Below are positions 8,859 to 21,519 of a stretch of 64,000 nucleotides of DNA, one piece after another (position 1 is the stretch's first letter; each line of letters starts with the position of its first letter). The notes beneath the pieces are model-generated. The model did no database searches. It had not been told where the DNA came from and saw only the letters and a list, made by a program, of their open reading frames with translations. The stretch is from the NCBI GenBank assembly GCA_013359345.1, contig JABWCA010000002.1:740-64739 (forward strand), written 5' to 3'. This DNA is from Ignavibacteriaceae bacterium (lineage in GTDB: Bacteria > Bacteroidota > Ignavibacteria > Ignavibacteriales > Ignavibacteriaceae). The translations under genes and the position numbers were made by a program.

Positions 8859-9983
8859 ATGAAGTTTAATATTAACAGTAAAGAATTTGATAAAGTACTT
8901 TCTAAAGTGGCGCTTGCTATTCCTGCAAGAACCGTGTTACCGGTACTCTACAACGTACTCATTGATATAAAAGATAATGTTTTATCAATTACTGCTTCTG
9001 ATAACGAAAATACAATTAAAGCGGTGTTTCCCGTTAACAGTGAATCTGACATGAGCCTTCTGCTGCCCGGAAAGCTGCTTACCGAACTGGTAAGAAACCT
9101 TCCCGACAGCGCACTTACTTTTGAAAAAGTTGATGACAGCCTCCTGAAGATAACCAGTGAGAACGGTGAATATGATCTTAATTATCTCCCCGCTTCAGAA
9201 TATCCTCAGGTGCCTGAATTTTCTGATTTCGCCGATGCAGATAAAATAACTTTAAGTCCCGCAAATCTTAAAAGAATCATACATCTCACAACATTTGCCG
9301 CTTCAAAAGATCCGGTTAAGCTTTCTCTTACAGGTGTACTTTTTGACATGACCACAGAGGGAACAAATTTTGTTGCCACAGACGGCCATAAGCTTGTTCA
9401 GCTGTTCAGCCCTGTTCTGGTTCCTGAAAAGAGCGGAGATATGATCATCCCCGAGAAAACCCTGAACCTCCTTGCAAAAATCATGGACCTGGGTGATGTT
9501 GAGATATTCCATATAGGAAAGGATAAGGTCCTTTTCAGAATGGAGAATATTCAGCTTATATCAAGGCTGATCAAGCAGAATTATCCCGATTACAGAAATG
9601 TGATTCCGGCAGAGAATAACAATATTGCAACACTCAGCAAAGATAATCTCCTTTCAACTGTAAAACGCGTTTCGGTGGTATCATCACAGTCAATGGTTGA
9701 TCAGGTTAAATTTGTTTTCACGAGAGATAATCTTGAGATAACCGTGCAGGATATTTCATCCGGTTCAAAAGCGACTGAAAATATGATGATTGATTATGTG
9801 GGTCAGGATCTGACCATCGGATTCAAAAGCTCTCATCTCATTGATATACTTTCACACATGGAAGGCGATAAAATAACAGTGCATATGGATACGCCCACGA
9901 GAGCAGTTTTAATAAAACCTGTTGAGCTTAAGGAAGGAGAGACTTTACTTATGCTCTCTATGCCTATAAGGCTTAATTACTAA
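8859..9983 (+). CDS. dnaN: DNA polymerase III beta sliding clamp DnaN
   Basis: 374 aa with a typical N-terminus (MKFNINSKEF..L..V..AIPARTVLPVL.NVLI) and three-domain length. It sits directly after dnaA. Confidence 0.95.
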   Translation: MKFNINSKEFDKVLSKVALAIPARTVLPVLYNVLIDIKDNVLSITASDNENTIKAVFPVNSESDMSLLLPGKLLTELVRNLPDSALTFEKVDDSLLKITSENGEYDLNYLPASEYPQVPEFSDFADADKITLSPANLKRIIHLTTFAASKDPVKLSLTGVLFDMTTEGTNFVATDGHKLVQLFSPVLVPEKSGDMIIPEKTLNLLAKIMDLGDVEIFHIGKDKVLFRMENIQLISRLIKQNYPDYRNVIPAENNNIATLSKDNLLSTVKRVSVVSSQSMVDQVKFVFTRDNLEITVQDISSGSKATENMMIDYVGQDLTIGFKSSHLIDILSHMEGDKITVHMDTPTRAVLIKPVELKEGETLLMLSMPIRLNY

Positions 9984-9986
9984 AAA

Positions 9987-11093
9987 ATGATTGTTAATTC
10001 GTTACGACTTAAAAATTTCAGAATACATAAAAACTCAATTTTCAACTTTTCTGAAAAGCTGAACTTTATAGTTGGTGGTAACGGACAAGGAAAAACGACC
10101 ATTTTAGAATCAATTTATCTGATCTGCACAACAAAGAGTTTTAAATCATCGTCAGATTCCGAACTTGCCGGTTTTGAGAGCGAGGGTTATGAAGTCTCGG
10201 CAACGGTAAGTGAAAAAACAGAATCTGATGTTAAAGTAATCTATCTGAGGGATGAAAAGAAAAAAAGGTACCTTAGAGATTCGAAAAATATTACCCGGAT
10301 TTCTGATATAATCGGAAAATTTCCTGTTGTTCTCCTTACTCCTGCTGATTCCGAAATCACCCACGGCTACGCCACCGAGAGAAGAAGGTTAATCGATTCT
10401 ATAATTTCCCAGTCAAGCGAACTCTACTTTGAAATCCTTATGGATTATTCAAAGACGGTTAAACAACGGGCTGCCCTGCTTAACATGATCAGGGAAAAAA
10501 GGCTCAGTTATCTGTTTGATGAGCTTGATGCCTGGGATGAAAAGCTCGTTAAAGAGGGTATGGAGCTGATGAAATACCGTGAGAAATTTCTTACGGGCTT
10601 TAATGAATATGTAACAGATGCTTTCAGGCAGGTAGTTGAGCTTAAGGAAACACCAGTTATCAGGTATGATTCTATTTATGTTAATGGTTATGATACTCCT
10701 GAAAAATTTTCAGAACTCCTTAAGAAAAACCGCGATAAGGAAATTTACCGGGGGGTTAACCTCTACGGACCGCACAGAGATGAATTTCTTTTTTATCTGA
10801 ATGATAAACTGCTTAAGAGCTACGGCTCGCAGGGGCAGCATAAAACTTTTCAGGTGGCTCTCAGGTTTGCACAGTTCTTTTATCTGAAGCAGATTCTTAA
10901 CAGAACACCTGTTTTTCTGCTTGATGATGTTTTCGGGGAGCTTGATCAGAACAGATCTGTTAAGATAAGCAGTTTTCTATCTGAGATAGGACAGGCTTTT
11001 ATAACGCTGACTGATTTTTCAAATTATCAGAGCCTCGTTTCAGATACGGGTAATTCATGCTTTAACATTGAAGAAGGTAAAATAAGAGCCTGA
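9987..11093 (+). CDS. recF: DNA replication and repair protein RecF
   Basis: LRLKNFR.. N-terminus, Walker A GGNGQGKT, signature SQGQHKT and Walker B LLDDVFGELD. Confidence 0.95.
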   Translation: MIVNSLRLKNFRIHKNSIFNFSEKLNFIVGGNGQGKTTILESIYLICTTKSFKSSSDSELAGFESEGYEVSATVSEKTESDVKVIYLRDEKKKRYLRDSKNITRISDIIGKFPVVLLTPADSEITHGYATERRRLIDSIISQSSELYFEILMDYSKTVKQRAALLNMIREKRLSYLFDELDAWDEKLVKEGMELMKYREKFLTGFNEYVTDAFRQVVELKETPVIRYDSIYVNGYDTPEKFSELLKKNRDKEIYRGVNLYGPHRDEFLFYLNDKLLKSYGSQGQHKTFQVALRFAQFFYLKQILNRTPVFLLDDVFGELDQNRSVKISSFLSEIGQAFITLTDFSNYQSLVSDTGNSCFNIEEGKIRA

Positions 11094-11094
11094 A

Positions 11095-13369
<2,275 letters not shown>

Positions 13370-13384
13370 AGAATAATACAAACT

Positions 13385-15820
13385 ATGAATACACTTTTTG
13401 ATAAAATCATTCCGATAAATCTGGAAGATGAGTTAAAATCATCTTATATCGATTATTCAATGTCGGTCATTGTTTCAAGGGCGCTGCCCGATGTGAGAGA
13501 CGGTCTTAAGCCGGTTCACAGAAGGGTTCTCTACGGTATGTATGAGCTCGGGGTTCCTTATAACAAGCCGTACAAAAAATCAGCAAGAATTGTGGGTGAG
13601 GTTCTCGGTAAGTACCACCCTCACGGTGATACTGCCGTTTATGACACCATGGTCAGAATGGTGCAGGATTTCTCACTGAGATATCCGCTCGTTGACGGAC
13701 AGGGTAACTTCGGGTCTGTTGACGGCGATTCACCTGCGGCAATGCGTTACACCGAGGCAAGGCTTGCGCGTATTGCAGATGAAATGCTGCGCGATCTCGA
13801 CAAAAACACAGTTAATTTTGCACCCAACTTTGATGATACCCTGCAGGAGCCGAGAGTATTACCCTCTTATCTTCCTAATCTGCTCGTAAACGGTTCAAGC
13901 GGTATTGCGGTTGGCATGGCAACAAACATTCCCCCTCATAACCTGACCGAAGTTATAAACGGGCTTGTTGAGGTTATTGATAACCCCGCAATTACAGTTG
14001 AGGATATCATGAAGCATATATCTGCTCCTGATTTCCCCACCGGCGGTATCATATTCGGTTATGAAGAAGTTAAAAATGCCTACCTCACGGGAAGAGGCAA
14101 AATAATTCTCCGCGCCAAGGCAAACACCGAGGTTCAGAAAAACGGAAAAACAAGCATTATCATATCTGAGCTTCCTTACCAGGTTAACAAGGCCACTCTC
14201 ATTGAAAAGATAGCCATGCTTGTTAAAGAAGGAAAGCTGACAGGTATTTCAAATATACGCGATGAATCTGACCGCGATGGTATGAGAGTGGTGATTGAGC
14301 TTAAGAAAGACGGCCAGCCCGCAACTCTTATGAATCAGCTTTACAAGCACACCCAGATGCAGGTAACATTCGGCGTTATAATGCTTGCACTTGTTAACGG
14401 CGTGCCAAAGATACTTAACCTTAAAGAGATGATGACGCACTTCCTTGATCACAGAATGGATGTGCTCATAAGAAGAACAAAGTTTGATCTTGATGCGGCC
14501 GAGCGCAGAGCTCATATACTGGAAGGTTATATAATTGCTCTTGATAACATTGATGAAGTTATTGAGACAATAAAGAAATCAGCAGATGTTGAAACTGCTA
14601 AAAACAACCTTATGTCAAAGTTCGGACTTTCAGAGATACAGGCAAAAGCAATTCTCGATATGAGACTTCAGCGCCTTACAGGTCTTGAAAGAAAGAAGAT
14701 TGAAGATGAATACAGAGCAGTGATTCAGCTTATCGAAAAACTCAAAAGCATTCTTGAATCTGAAGAACTCAGAAAGCAGATCATAAAAGAAGAACTTCTT
14801 CAGCTTAAAGAGAAATACGGTGACGGCAGAAAAACAGAAATAGTTTACCAGTATGATGAATTCTCGATTGAGGATCTTATAGCCGAAGAGGATGTTGTTG
14901 TGACAATTTCTCATCAGGGTTACATCAAGAGATTCCCCGTGAGCGGTTACCGCAAACAGAAACGCGGAGGCAGAGGAGTTACCGGAGCAGGCACCAAAGA
15001 TGAAGATTTCATTGAAACGATGTTTATTGCTTCAACTCATCATTATATTCTCTTCTTCACTGATAAAGGAAAGGTCTACTGGCTTAAAGTGCATGAGATT
15101 CCGGATGTCGGCAGAACAGCAAGAGGCAAATCGGTCATCAACCTTATTGAAAAGGAAAAAGATGAGAAGATTAAAGCATTTGTGGCCGTTAAGGAATTCA
15201 GAAACGACCAGTATCTTATCATGTGCACCAAAAACGGCACAATCAAAAAAACAGTTCTTTCTGCCTACGGCAATGTGAGAAGAAATGGTATAAATGCCAT
15301 TAATCTGGTTGACGGCGATGATCTGATAGCAGCTAAAATATGTGAAAAGGGTGATAATATCATCATTGGCACACATGAAGGTCTTGCAATAAGATTTGAT
15401 GAGGCAAAAGTGCGCGATATGGGCCGCACAGCAACAGGTGTTAAGGGTATCACCCTTGAAAAAGGCGACTTTGTTGTGGGCATGCTTGTGATCAAGAGAC
15501 AGGGCACCATTCTTGCGGTTACCGATAATGGTTACGGCAAGAGATCTGATGTTTCTGATTACAGGGTTACCGGCAGAGGCGGCAAAGGTATAATAACCGT
15601 TAAAACCACCGAAAAAACCGGTAAACTCATTGCCATCATGGAAGTAACCGACAGCGAAGAGCTTATAGTCATAACTATTCAGGGTATGGCAATAAGAATG
15701 TCAATGAAGGATATCCGTGTGATGGGCAGAAACACCCAGGGTGTCAGGATAGTAAACCTTTATGAGGGTGATAATATCTCTGATATTGCCAAGTATGTGC
15801 CCGAGGATGATGAAGAATAG
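13385..15820 (+). CDS. gyrA: DNA gyrase subunit A
   Basis: DGLKPVHRR, active-site [10 protein letters not shown] and C-terminal beta-pinwheel repeats. Confidence 0.98.
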   Translation: MNTLFDKIIPINLEDELKSSYIDYSMSVIVSRALPDVRDGLKPVHRRVLYGMYELGVPYNKPYKKSARIVGEVLGKYHPHGDTAVYDTMVRMVQDFSLRYPLVDGQGNFGSVDGDSPAAMRYTEARLARIADEMLRDLDKNTVNFAPNFDDTLQEPRVLPSYLPNLLVNGSSGIAVGMATNIPPHNLTEVINGLVEVIDNPAITVEDIMKHISAPDFPTGGIIFGYEEVKNAYLTGRGKIILRAKANTEVQKNGKTSIIISELPYQVNKATLIEKIAMLVKEGKLTGISNIRDESDRDGMRVVIELKKDGQPATLMNQLYKHTQMQVTFGVIMLALVNGVPKILNLKEMMTHFLDHRMDVLIRRTKFDLDAAERRAHILEGYIIALDNIDEVIETIKKSADVETAKNNLMSKFGLSEIQAKAILDMRLQRLTGLERKKIEDEYRAVIQLIEKLKSILESEELRKQIIKEELLQLKEKYGDGRKTEIVYQYDEFSIEDLIAEEDVVVTISHQGYIKRFPVSGYRKQKRGGRGVTGAGTKDEDFIETMFIASTHHYILFFTDKGKVYWLKVHEIPDVGRTARGKSVINLIEKEKDEKIKAFVAVKEFRNDQYLIMCTKNGTIKKTVLSAYGNVRRNGINAINLVDGDDLIAAKICEKGDNIIIGTHEGLAIRFDEAKVRDMGRTATGVKGITLEKGDFVVGMLVIKRQGTILAVTDNGYGKRSDVSDYRVTGRGGKGIITVKTTEKTGKLIAIMEVTDSEELIVITIQGMAIRMSMKDIRVMGRNTQGVRIVNLYEGDNISDIAKYVPEDDEE

Positions 15821-15840
15821 TCTTAATATTTAAGATGCGA

Positions 15841-15875
15841 AAAAAAAGGCGGGTCACCCCGCCTTTTTTATTTTC
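15841..15875. terminator. Hairpin terminator after gyrA; copy 1 of a 35-bp direct repeat
   Basis: AAAAAAAGGCGGGtcacCCCGCCTTTTTTATTTTC. A 6-bp GC stem is flanked by an A-run and a T-run, giving a bidirectional design. It is identical to 16565-16599 except at 1 position. Confidence 0.75.
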
Positions 15876-15962
15876 AGCATGAATCTGCAGTTTTATTGAT
15901 GATGAATAATTGAAAAAAAATTGATATTTTTAATAATTTAAGAGTCAGAATGAGGTGTGGCC

Positions 15963-16199
15963 ATGGAAGGATTAAATTTTATTATTGATAAAAACGGAAA
16001 AAAGATAGCTGCGGTACTCGATTATGAAAAATATAAAGAGGTTATCGATAACCTGATAAAAAAAGAAAAAAAGAAGAAAAAAACCCGCATCAGTGATTTT
16101 GCGGGATACATAGAAAAAGATCAGTTAAAACAAATTTCTGATGCCATTTCAAAAGATTGTGAAAAGGTTGACGGGGATGAGTGGCAGATAACTTCTTGA
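15963..16199 (+). CDS. Putative type II antitoxin (partner of the degraded PIN toxin)
   Basis: MEGLNFIIDKNGKKIAAVLDYEKYKEVIDNL.. has the N-terminal beta-strand/helix pattern of Phd/YefM-like antitoxins. A Lys-rich linker follows. The stop overlaps the start region of a PIN ORF. The track start at 15957 is GTG; the ATG at 15963 is preferred. Confidence 0.5.
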   Translation: MEGLNFIIDKNGKKIAAVLDYEKYKEVIDNLIKKEKKKKKTRISDFAGYIEKDQLKQISDAISKDCEKVDGDEWQITS

Positions 16200-16566
16200 T
16201 ACAAACATCATTATTGCATTATTTAATAATGAACAGGAAATAGTTGAGAAACTTAAATCATCAGATTACTTTGCGGTAAGCAATATCAGTATGGGAGAAT
16301 TATTTTATGGAGCTGAAAAATCTGAAAAATCGAAACAAAACATAAAAAAAATAAATGACTTTGCTGAAATAGCTTAGCTATTGGAATTAAATCTTATTAC
16401 AGCTGCATATTATGGCAAAATCAAGAATAATTTAAGATTGAAGGGTAAGCCAATTCCTGAAAATGATATTTGGATTGCGGCAGCAGCACTTCAAAATAAT
16501 TTAACAGTTATCACAAGAGATAAACATTTTCTGGAAATTGATTTAATAAAATCAGAAATCTGGTAA
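16177..16566 (+). pseudogene. vapC: VapC-type PIN-domain toxin interrupted by two in-frame stop codons
   Basis: A single frame reads ATG(16177) MSGR-TAA(16189)-LLDTNIIIALF..MGELFYGAEKS..FAEIA-TAG(16375)-LLELNLITAAYYGKI..PIPENDIWIAAAALQNNLTVITRDKHF... PIN acidic residues (DTN, E, ND, TRD) are all present and there is no frameshift. Confidence 0.75.
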
Positions 16567-16599
16567 AAAAAGGCGGGTCACCCTGCCTTTTTTATTTTC
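16565..16599. terminator. Hairpin terminator; copy 2 of the 35-bp direct repeat, overlapping the glgA stop
   Basis: AAAAAAAGGCGGGtcacCCTGCCTTTTTTATTTTC. The C-to-T change relative to copy 1 gives a G:U pair in the stem. The glgA stop codon (16592-16594) lies inside the repeat. Confidence 0.7.
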
Positions 16600-18070
16600 T
16601 CTTTGCAATTGCGTGATGGTACATCAGTTCATAGCGCTTTGCAGAAACCTCCCATGAATAGTCTTTGGCCATTCCGTTCAGCATAAGCTTGTGCCATGCA
16701 TCCCTGTGATGGTAGGTTTCAATAGCCCTTTTAACAGTGGAGACAAGAGCCGGTCCTGTGTAATCATAAAATGAGAATCCGGTACCGTCCTGTGCCCCGA
16801 AATGTTCATGCCAGTCCATTACTGTATCTGCCAGTCCGCCCGTTCTTCTTACCAGCGGCACAGTGCCGTATTTAAGGCTGTATATCTGATTAAGTCCGCA
16901 GGGTTCATAGAGAGACGGCATAAGGAACATATCAGAACCCGCCTCAATAAGGTGAGCAAGCTCCTCGTTTTTTCCTCTCCAGATACCCACTTTGTCAGGA
17001 AATTTATGATGGAGCAACTCAAAAAGATCTTCATATTTCTGCTCGCCGCTGCCAAGCACCACAAACTGAGCGGGGAGCTGCAGAAGTTCTGCCACCGCAT
17101 CGGCTATAATATCAAAACCTTTCTGCCCCACAAGCCTTGAAACCATTCCTATTACAGGAGTGCCGTGGTGAAAAGGCATATGAAAATATCTGAGAAGGTA
17201 TTTTTTGTTTTCTGTTTTGCCTGAAAGGTCATCTCTTGTGTAGCGGTATGGGATCATGGGATCGCGGTCAGGATTCCATACAGAATAATCAACACCGTTG
17301 AGTATCCCGAAAAAGTCATTGATCCTGTAATTAAGCACTCCCTGCAAACCTTCGCCGTAATCAGAGGTGGTTATCTCACGGGCATATGTCATGCTTACGG
17401 TATTGATAACGTCAGAATACATCAGACCCGTTTTCAGAAAACAGAAACTCCCCCATACTTCAATGGGGCTGTTCTGATAAAAGAGTTCCGGGCGTATCTC
17501 GGCCTTATAGATAGTATCTTTTGAAAATCTGCCCTGATACCCTATGTTATGAATAGTTATTGCTGTGGCAGTTTTATCAAAAAAACGGTCCCAGCTGTAA
17601 TTATCCCTGAGCAGCAGCGGAATAATAGCTGTTGGCCAGTCGTTAACGTGAAGAATTTCAGGCGCCCATTTCAGCCTCTGGATTGTTTCGATAACCGCTT
17701 TTGAAAAATGGATAAATCTTTCATCTTCATCACCCTGGCTCGTATAGATAAGGTGTGTGTTTTTGTAGTCTTTCCTGTGATAATAGTGGGGGCAGTCAAT
17801 CAGATAAACTTCAACCGCTGAATCGGGAAGGTTAGTCTTAAAGACCCTGGTAGTATGAGTGTTTCCGGCAACTCTTACGGGCATTTCTCCAACCTGATGA
17901 ACATATTCAATATGGTGCCCGAACTCGTTAATTGCAGAATATCGGGGCAGAAACACTTTCACATCGTGACCCAGCGATGTAAGAGCTTTCGGAAGGGCAC
18001 CTGATACATCACCAAGACCGCCAACCTTTGCAAAAGGGAAAACCTCAGAAGAGGCAAAAGCAATTCTCAT
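16592..18070 (-). CDS. glgA: Glycogen synthase GlgA
   Basis: MRIAFASSEVFPFAKVGGLGDV N-terminus (KxGGL motif) and GT5 family length of 492 aa. Confidence 0.95.
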   Translation of the reverse strand: MRIAFASSEVFPFAKVGGLGDVSGALPKALTSLGHDVKVFLPRYSAINEFGHHIEYVHQVGEMPVRVAGNTHTTRVFKTNLPDSAVEVYLIDCPHYYHRKDYKNTHLIYTSQGDEDERFIHFSKAVIETIQRLKWAPEILHVNDWPTAIIPLLLRDNYSWDRFFDKTATAITIHNIGYQGRFSKDTIYKAEIRPELFYQNSPIEVWGSFCFLKTGLMYSDVINTVSMTYAREITTSDYGEGLQGVLNYRINDFFGILNGVDYSVWNPDRDPMIPYRYTRDDLSGKTENKKYLLRYFHMPFHHGTPVIGMVSRLVGQKGFDIIADAVAELLQLPAQFVVLGSGEQKYEDLFELLHHKFPDKVGIWRGKNEELAHLIEAGSDMFLMPSLYEPCGLNQIYSLKYGTVPLVRRTGGLADTVMDWHEHFGAQDGTGFSFYDYTGPALVSTVKRAIETYHHRDAWHKLMLNGMAKDYSWEVSAKRYELMYHHAIAKRK

Positions 18071-18074
18071 AAAA

Positions 18075-19457
18075 TCATACCTTTTTATCTATATGGTTTT
18101 TTATTCTGCCGAAAGTTTTTTCCGCATTTCTGATACATTCCCCAACCGGCACCCCGCCTGTAAAGGTGCCTGTGGCAAAAAAGCCCCTGTTAATCTCTTC
18201 AAAGTCATTAAGATTCCGGAGAATTTTATCATAACCTTTGTGATACCGTGGAACGGCGTTTTTCCAGATCCTGAGATTGGTTGTAACAGGCTTGTTTTTA
18301 ATTTTCAGTATACCGCTGAACGCGCTTATAAGTTCTTTCTTGATTTCGGCCGGCTCCTTTTTCAGCAGGTCTCCGTTATCTTCCCCTCCGAACAATATAG
18401 TGAACGCCGATTCATCAGGCGGTGCAGAAGCCGTATTAATTTCAGAATTGCACAGCACTGTGAGAAACGGCATCTTTTCAGCACCCGGAATCATGATTGC
18501 AGAACCGTCAAAAGGTATTCCCAGATCTGCTTTCTTAAAAGTTACAAACAGAGAACCAAGAGAGCTGTATTTTATTTTCAGGAGATCTTTTTTCAAATTA
18601 GAGTAATTTTCGCCTAAAACCGCAGAAAGGGCGTACGCAGGAAGCGCCGAAACAACGTAATCACAATCATATCTCTTTTTGCGGCCGGTATGAAAAAAAC
18701 TGACCGCAAAACCATCCTCATTTTTTGTGACGCTTTCAACCTCTGCAACTGTTGTCAGGTTTATCCCCAGTCTTGAAATCAGAGCATTTGTAAATACACT
18801 CATGCCATTCTTAAAAGTGATATAATTACCCTGAAACCCGGAACTCCTGTTTGATTTCTTTTTTGATTCAGCGAGCGCCTTCTGTATTCCGGCAATTATG
18901 CTCCCGTATTTCTGCTCAATTGCAAAAAGATCGGGATAAGAGGAGGCGATATTTATATCTGCACCGCTGCCTGCATAAACGGAGCTGACAAACGGCTCAA
19001 AATAATAGTCAAAAAATTCAGGCCCCAGCCTTCTGGTGATAAAATCCTGAACTGTCACCGCGTAGCCGTTTTTTGTTCTGGGCACAAAAGGCTCGGCAAG
19101 AATTTTCAGCTTGCTTTTATAATTAAAAAGAGGGGTTGAAAAAAAATCGGTAACGGTTGAAGGCATCGGGAAAAGAGACCCGTTTTTAAGAACAAACCTC
19201 TTAAAAGCAGAAACTGAAACGAGTTCATTTTTAAGCTGAAGGTCTTTAATCAGTTTTAAAGTTGCGGGAGTGACGTCAATAAATCCGGCTGCCCCTTTGT
19301 CAATCACATAACCTGATTCCCTCGTTGTTTCTATCATACCGCCGGCGGTGCTGTTTTTCTCAAATACCGTAACTTCATAACCTGAAGAGAGTAAAAGGTA
19401 CGCAGTTGTAAGCCCCGTTACACCCCCGCCGAGAACAGCAATCTTGGGTTTGTTCAT
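18075..19457 (-). CDS. FAD-dependent amine-oxidase-fold oxidoreductase, protoporphyrinogen oxidase (HemY/PPOX)-like
   Basis: IAVLGGGVTGLTTAY...VTVFEKNSTAGG dinucleotide-binding motif. At 460 aa, the overall layout resembles HemY. The family assignment is not verifiable here. Confidence 0.55.
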   Translation of the reverse strand: MNKPKIAVLGGGVTGLTTAYLLLSSGYEVTVFEKNSTAGGMIETTRESGYVIDKGAAGFIDVTPATLKLIKDLQLKNELVSVSAFKRFVLKNGSLFPMPSTVTDFFSTPLFNYKSKLKILAEPFVPRTKNGYAVTVQDFITRRLGPEFFDYYFEPFVSSVYAGSGADINIASSYPDLFAIEQKYGSIIAGIQKALAESKKKSNRSSGFQGNYITFKNGMSVFTNALISRLGINLTTVAEVESVTKNEDGFAVSFFHTGRKKRYDCDYVVSALPAYALSAVLGENYSNLKKDLLKIKYSSLGSLFVTFKKADLGIPFDGSAIMIPGAEKMPFLTVLCNSEINTASAPPDESAFTILFGGEDNGDLLKKEPAEIKKELISAFSGILKIKNKPVTTNLRIWKNAVPRYHKGYDKILRNLNDFEEINRGFFATGTFTGGVPVGECIRNAEKTFGRIKNHIDKKV

Positions 19458-19674
19458 AAAATTTAATTAAGGGAAAATGGAAAAATGATAAGATATGAAC
19501 AGTTAAATGTCCGTTAAATTTTCTTTTATCTAAAATTTTGTAATGAAAATTAACATTTTTACTAAAAAGATTTGTAATTTAGTAACCTATTTTTGCAGGT
19601 TTAACGGGTTTTAATTCATTTACGCCCAATTAATTGCATAATCAACCTCGTTCAAAAATATAAATACAGAGAAG

Positions 19675-21429
19675 ATGAGCTACTATCATAACAATCAAGG
19701 CCAGAACTTCGATTGGGAAACCCATTTCGAAAAAAGCGGCTACCTGGAAACCCCATCTTATAACACGACAATTGAATATTTCACGAGACTGGCCGATAAA
19801 TCCCCCTTCGCAAAGATTGTAAATTTTGGTGTAAGCCATCAGGGCAGGGATCTTAAATGTCTCATTTGCTCAAGCACAAAAGAAATTCAGCCGAAAAAGG
19901 CTAAACGAAGCGGACGTGCTATTATTTTTATTCAGGCCGGTATTCATGCTGGTGAAATTGAAGGCAAAGATGCCTCAATGCTCCTGCTGCGTGATATAAT
20001 AGTCACCCGTGAAAAAGAGCATCTGCTTGAAAATACAATTCTCGTTGTTATTCCGTGTTTAAATCCTGACGGACACGAAAGAATGGGTGCTAATAACAGA
20101 CCAAATCAGCTGGGTCCCACCCTCTCGGGCTGGAGAACCAACGCGCTTAATATTGATCTCAACAGGGATTATACTAAGGCTGATTCGGCTGAAATCAAAT
20201 CGCTTCTCAGATTATGGTCAATATGGACACCTGATTTTTATATAGACACACATACAACCAATGGTCTGGATTATCAGTATCATCTGTCATACGGAATTGA
20301 AAGACATCATAATCTTGACCCGAGACTGGTGCAGTTCGGCAACGAAATGATGATACCACAGGTAATTAAGGGAGTTGAAGACAAAGGATTCCTTATCTCA
20401 CCCTATATTGAGCCTGTTTCCGAAAATATCACAGACGGCATCACAAGCTGGTCATATGAACCGCGCTATTCAACAGGTTATGCAGCAGCCCAGAACAGAC
20501 TCGGCCTTCTGGTTGAGGCGCATTCTTTAAAACCCTATAAAGACAGGGTTTTTGCCACCAAAGCCATTCTTGAAGAAACAATTGAGTATATCAACACTAA
20601 TTTCAGGGAACTGAAAGATCTTAACAGGTTTGCTGATAAAAGAGCGGTTCAGAAATTCTTCATGGAGAAAAAGAGATATCCCATTCTGCTTGAAGGAAAT
20701 TCTGAAAATGAACCTTTCCTCTTTAAAGGCTACAAAACAAGTGAAACCGAAAGCATTATCACCGGCAAAAAGGTAATTCAGTACACTGATGAAAAAACCG
20801 AATTTGAGATACCTCACTACAATAAAACCGAAGTGATAAAGACCGTAAAGGTTCCTGATGCATATCTCATTCCGGCTGAACTGAAATGGGTTCCGCGGCT
20901 CTTAAAGCTTCACGGAGTTATATTTAAGGTGCTCGACAGAGATATAACCTGTGAAGTTGAAAAGTATATGTTCACTAACGTGAAGTTTAAAAATTACCCG
21001 AGCGAAGGCAAGATGCAGGCTGATTTTGAAGTGATCGCATTCCAGGATACTGTTAAAATTCAGCGCGGCTCATACATGGTTCCTCTCAGCCAGAGAACTA
21101 TAAGGGTGCTGCTTAATCTGCTTGAACCTCTTGGCCCTGATTCACTTGCAAGATGGGGCTATTTCAATTCATGCATGGAAAGAAAAGAATACGTTGAAGA
21201 TTTCGTATTTGAGCCGATTGCCAGAGAAATGCTTGAAAAAGATGACCGTCTGAGAGAAGAGTTTTACTTTACATTAGAGGAAAACCCTGAATTCAAGGCT
21301 GATTCAACAGCAAGGCTTGATTTCTTTTACTCAAGATCAGAATTTGCAGATAAAAACGAAAACGTTTATCCTGTTATGAGGCTTTTTGAGGCAAAACGTT
21401 ATTTCAGCTACTTTGACAGAGTACAATAA
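19675..21429 (+). CDS. M14-family zinc carboxypeptidase-like protein
   Basis: IQAGIHAGEIEGKDA (HxxE zinc ligands), ..NPDGHE.. and ..DTHTTNG.. (third His) in the M14 arrangement, with a long C-terminal extension. Confidence 0.6.
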   Translation: MSYYHNNQGQNFDWETHFEKSGYLETPSYNTTIEYFTRLADKSPFAKIVNFGVSHQGRDLKCLICSSTKEIQPKKAKRSGRAIIFIQAGIHAGEIEGKDASMLLLRDIIVTREKEHLLENTILVVIPCLNPDGHERMGANNRPNQLGPTLSGWRTNALNIDLNRDYTKADSAEIKSLLRLWSIWTPDFYIDTHTTNGLDYQYHLSYGIERHHNLDPRLVQFGNEMMIPQVIKGVEDKGFLISPYIEPVSENITDGITSWSYEPRYSTGYAAAQNRLGLLVEAHSLKPYKDRVFATKAILEETIEYINTNFRELKDLNRFADKRAVQKFFMEKKRYPILLEGNSENEPFLFKGYKTSETESIITGKKVIQYTDEKTEFEIPHYNKTEVIKTVKVPDAYLIPAELKWVPRLLKLHGVIFKVLDRDITCEVEKYMFTNVKFKNYPSEGKMQADFEVIAFQDTVKIQRGSYMVPLSQRTIRVLLNLLEPLGPDSLARWGYFNSCMERKEYVEDFVFEPIAREMLEKDDRLREEFYFTLEENPEFKADSTARLDFFYSRSEFADKNENVYPVMRLFEAKRYFSYFDRVQ

Positions 21430-21440
21430 ATAAATTTTTC

Positions 21441-21468
21441 GGGGTTAATTTTCACTTAACCCCTTTTT
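21441..21468 (+). terminator. Intrinsic terminator after the M14 peptidase gene
   Basis: GGGGTTAA-ttttcac-TTAACCCC followed by TTTTT. Confidence 0.7.
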
Positions 21469-21471
21469 CCC

Positions 21472-21500
21472 TTGACAGATTAATTGTCAGGGTTTATATT
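21472..21500 (+). promoter_or_regulatory. Promoter of the metY leader
   Basis: TTGACA (21472-21477), a 17-nt spacer, then TATATT (21495-21500). The same site reads TAtaTTTG, the Bacteroidota-type -7 motif. Confidence 0.5.
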
Positions 21501-21519
21501 TGTGACACAAAAATTGAAA

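Noticed and set aside
16189-16377. Stop-codon reassignment or programmed read-through to explain the in-frame TAA and TAG in vapC
   Set aside because: TAA and TAG terminate many well-delimited conserved genes in this same window at the expected protein ends, so ordinary nonsense mutations are the simpler explanation.
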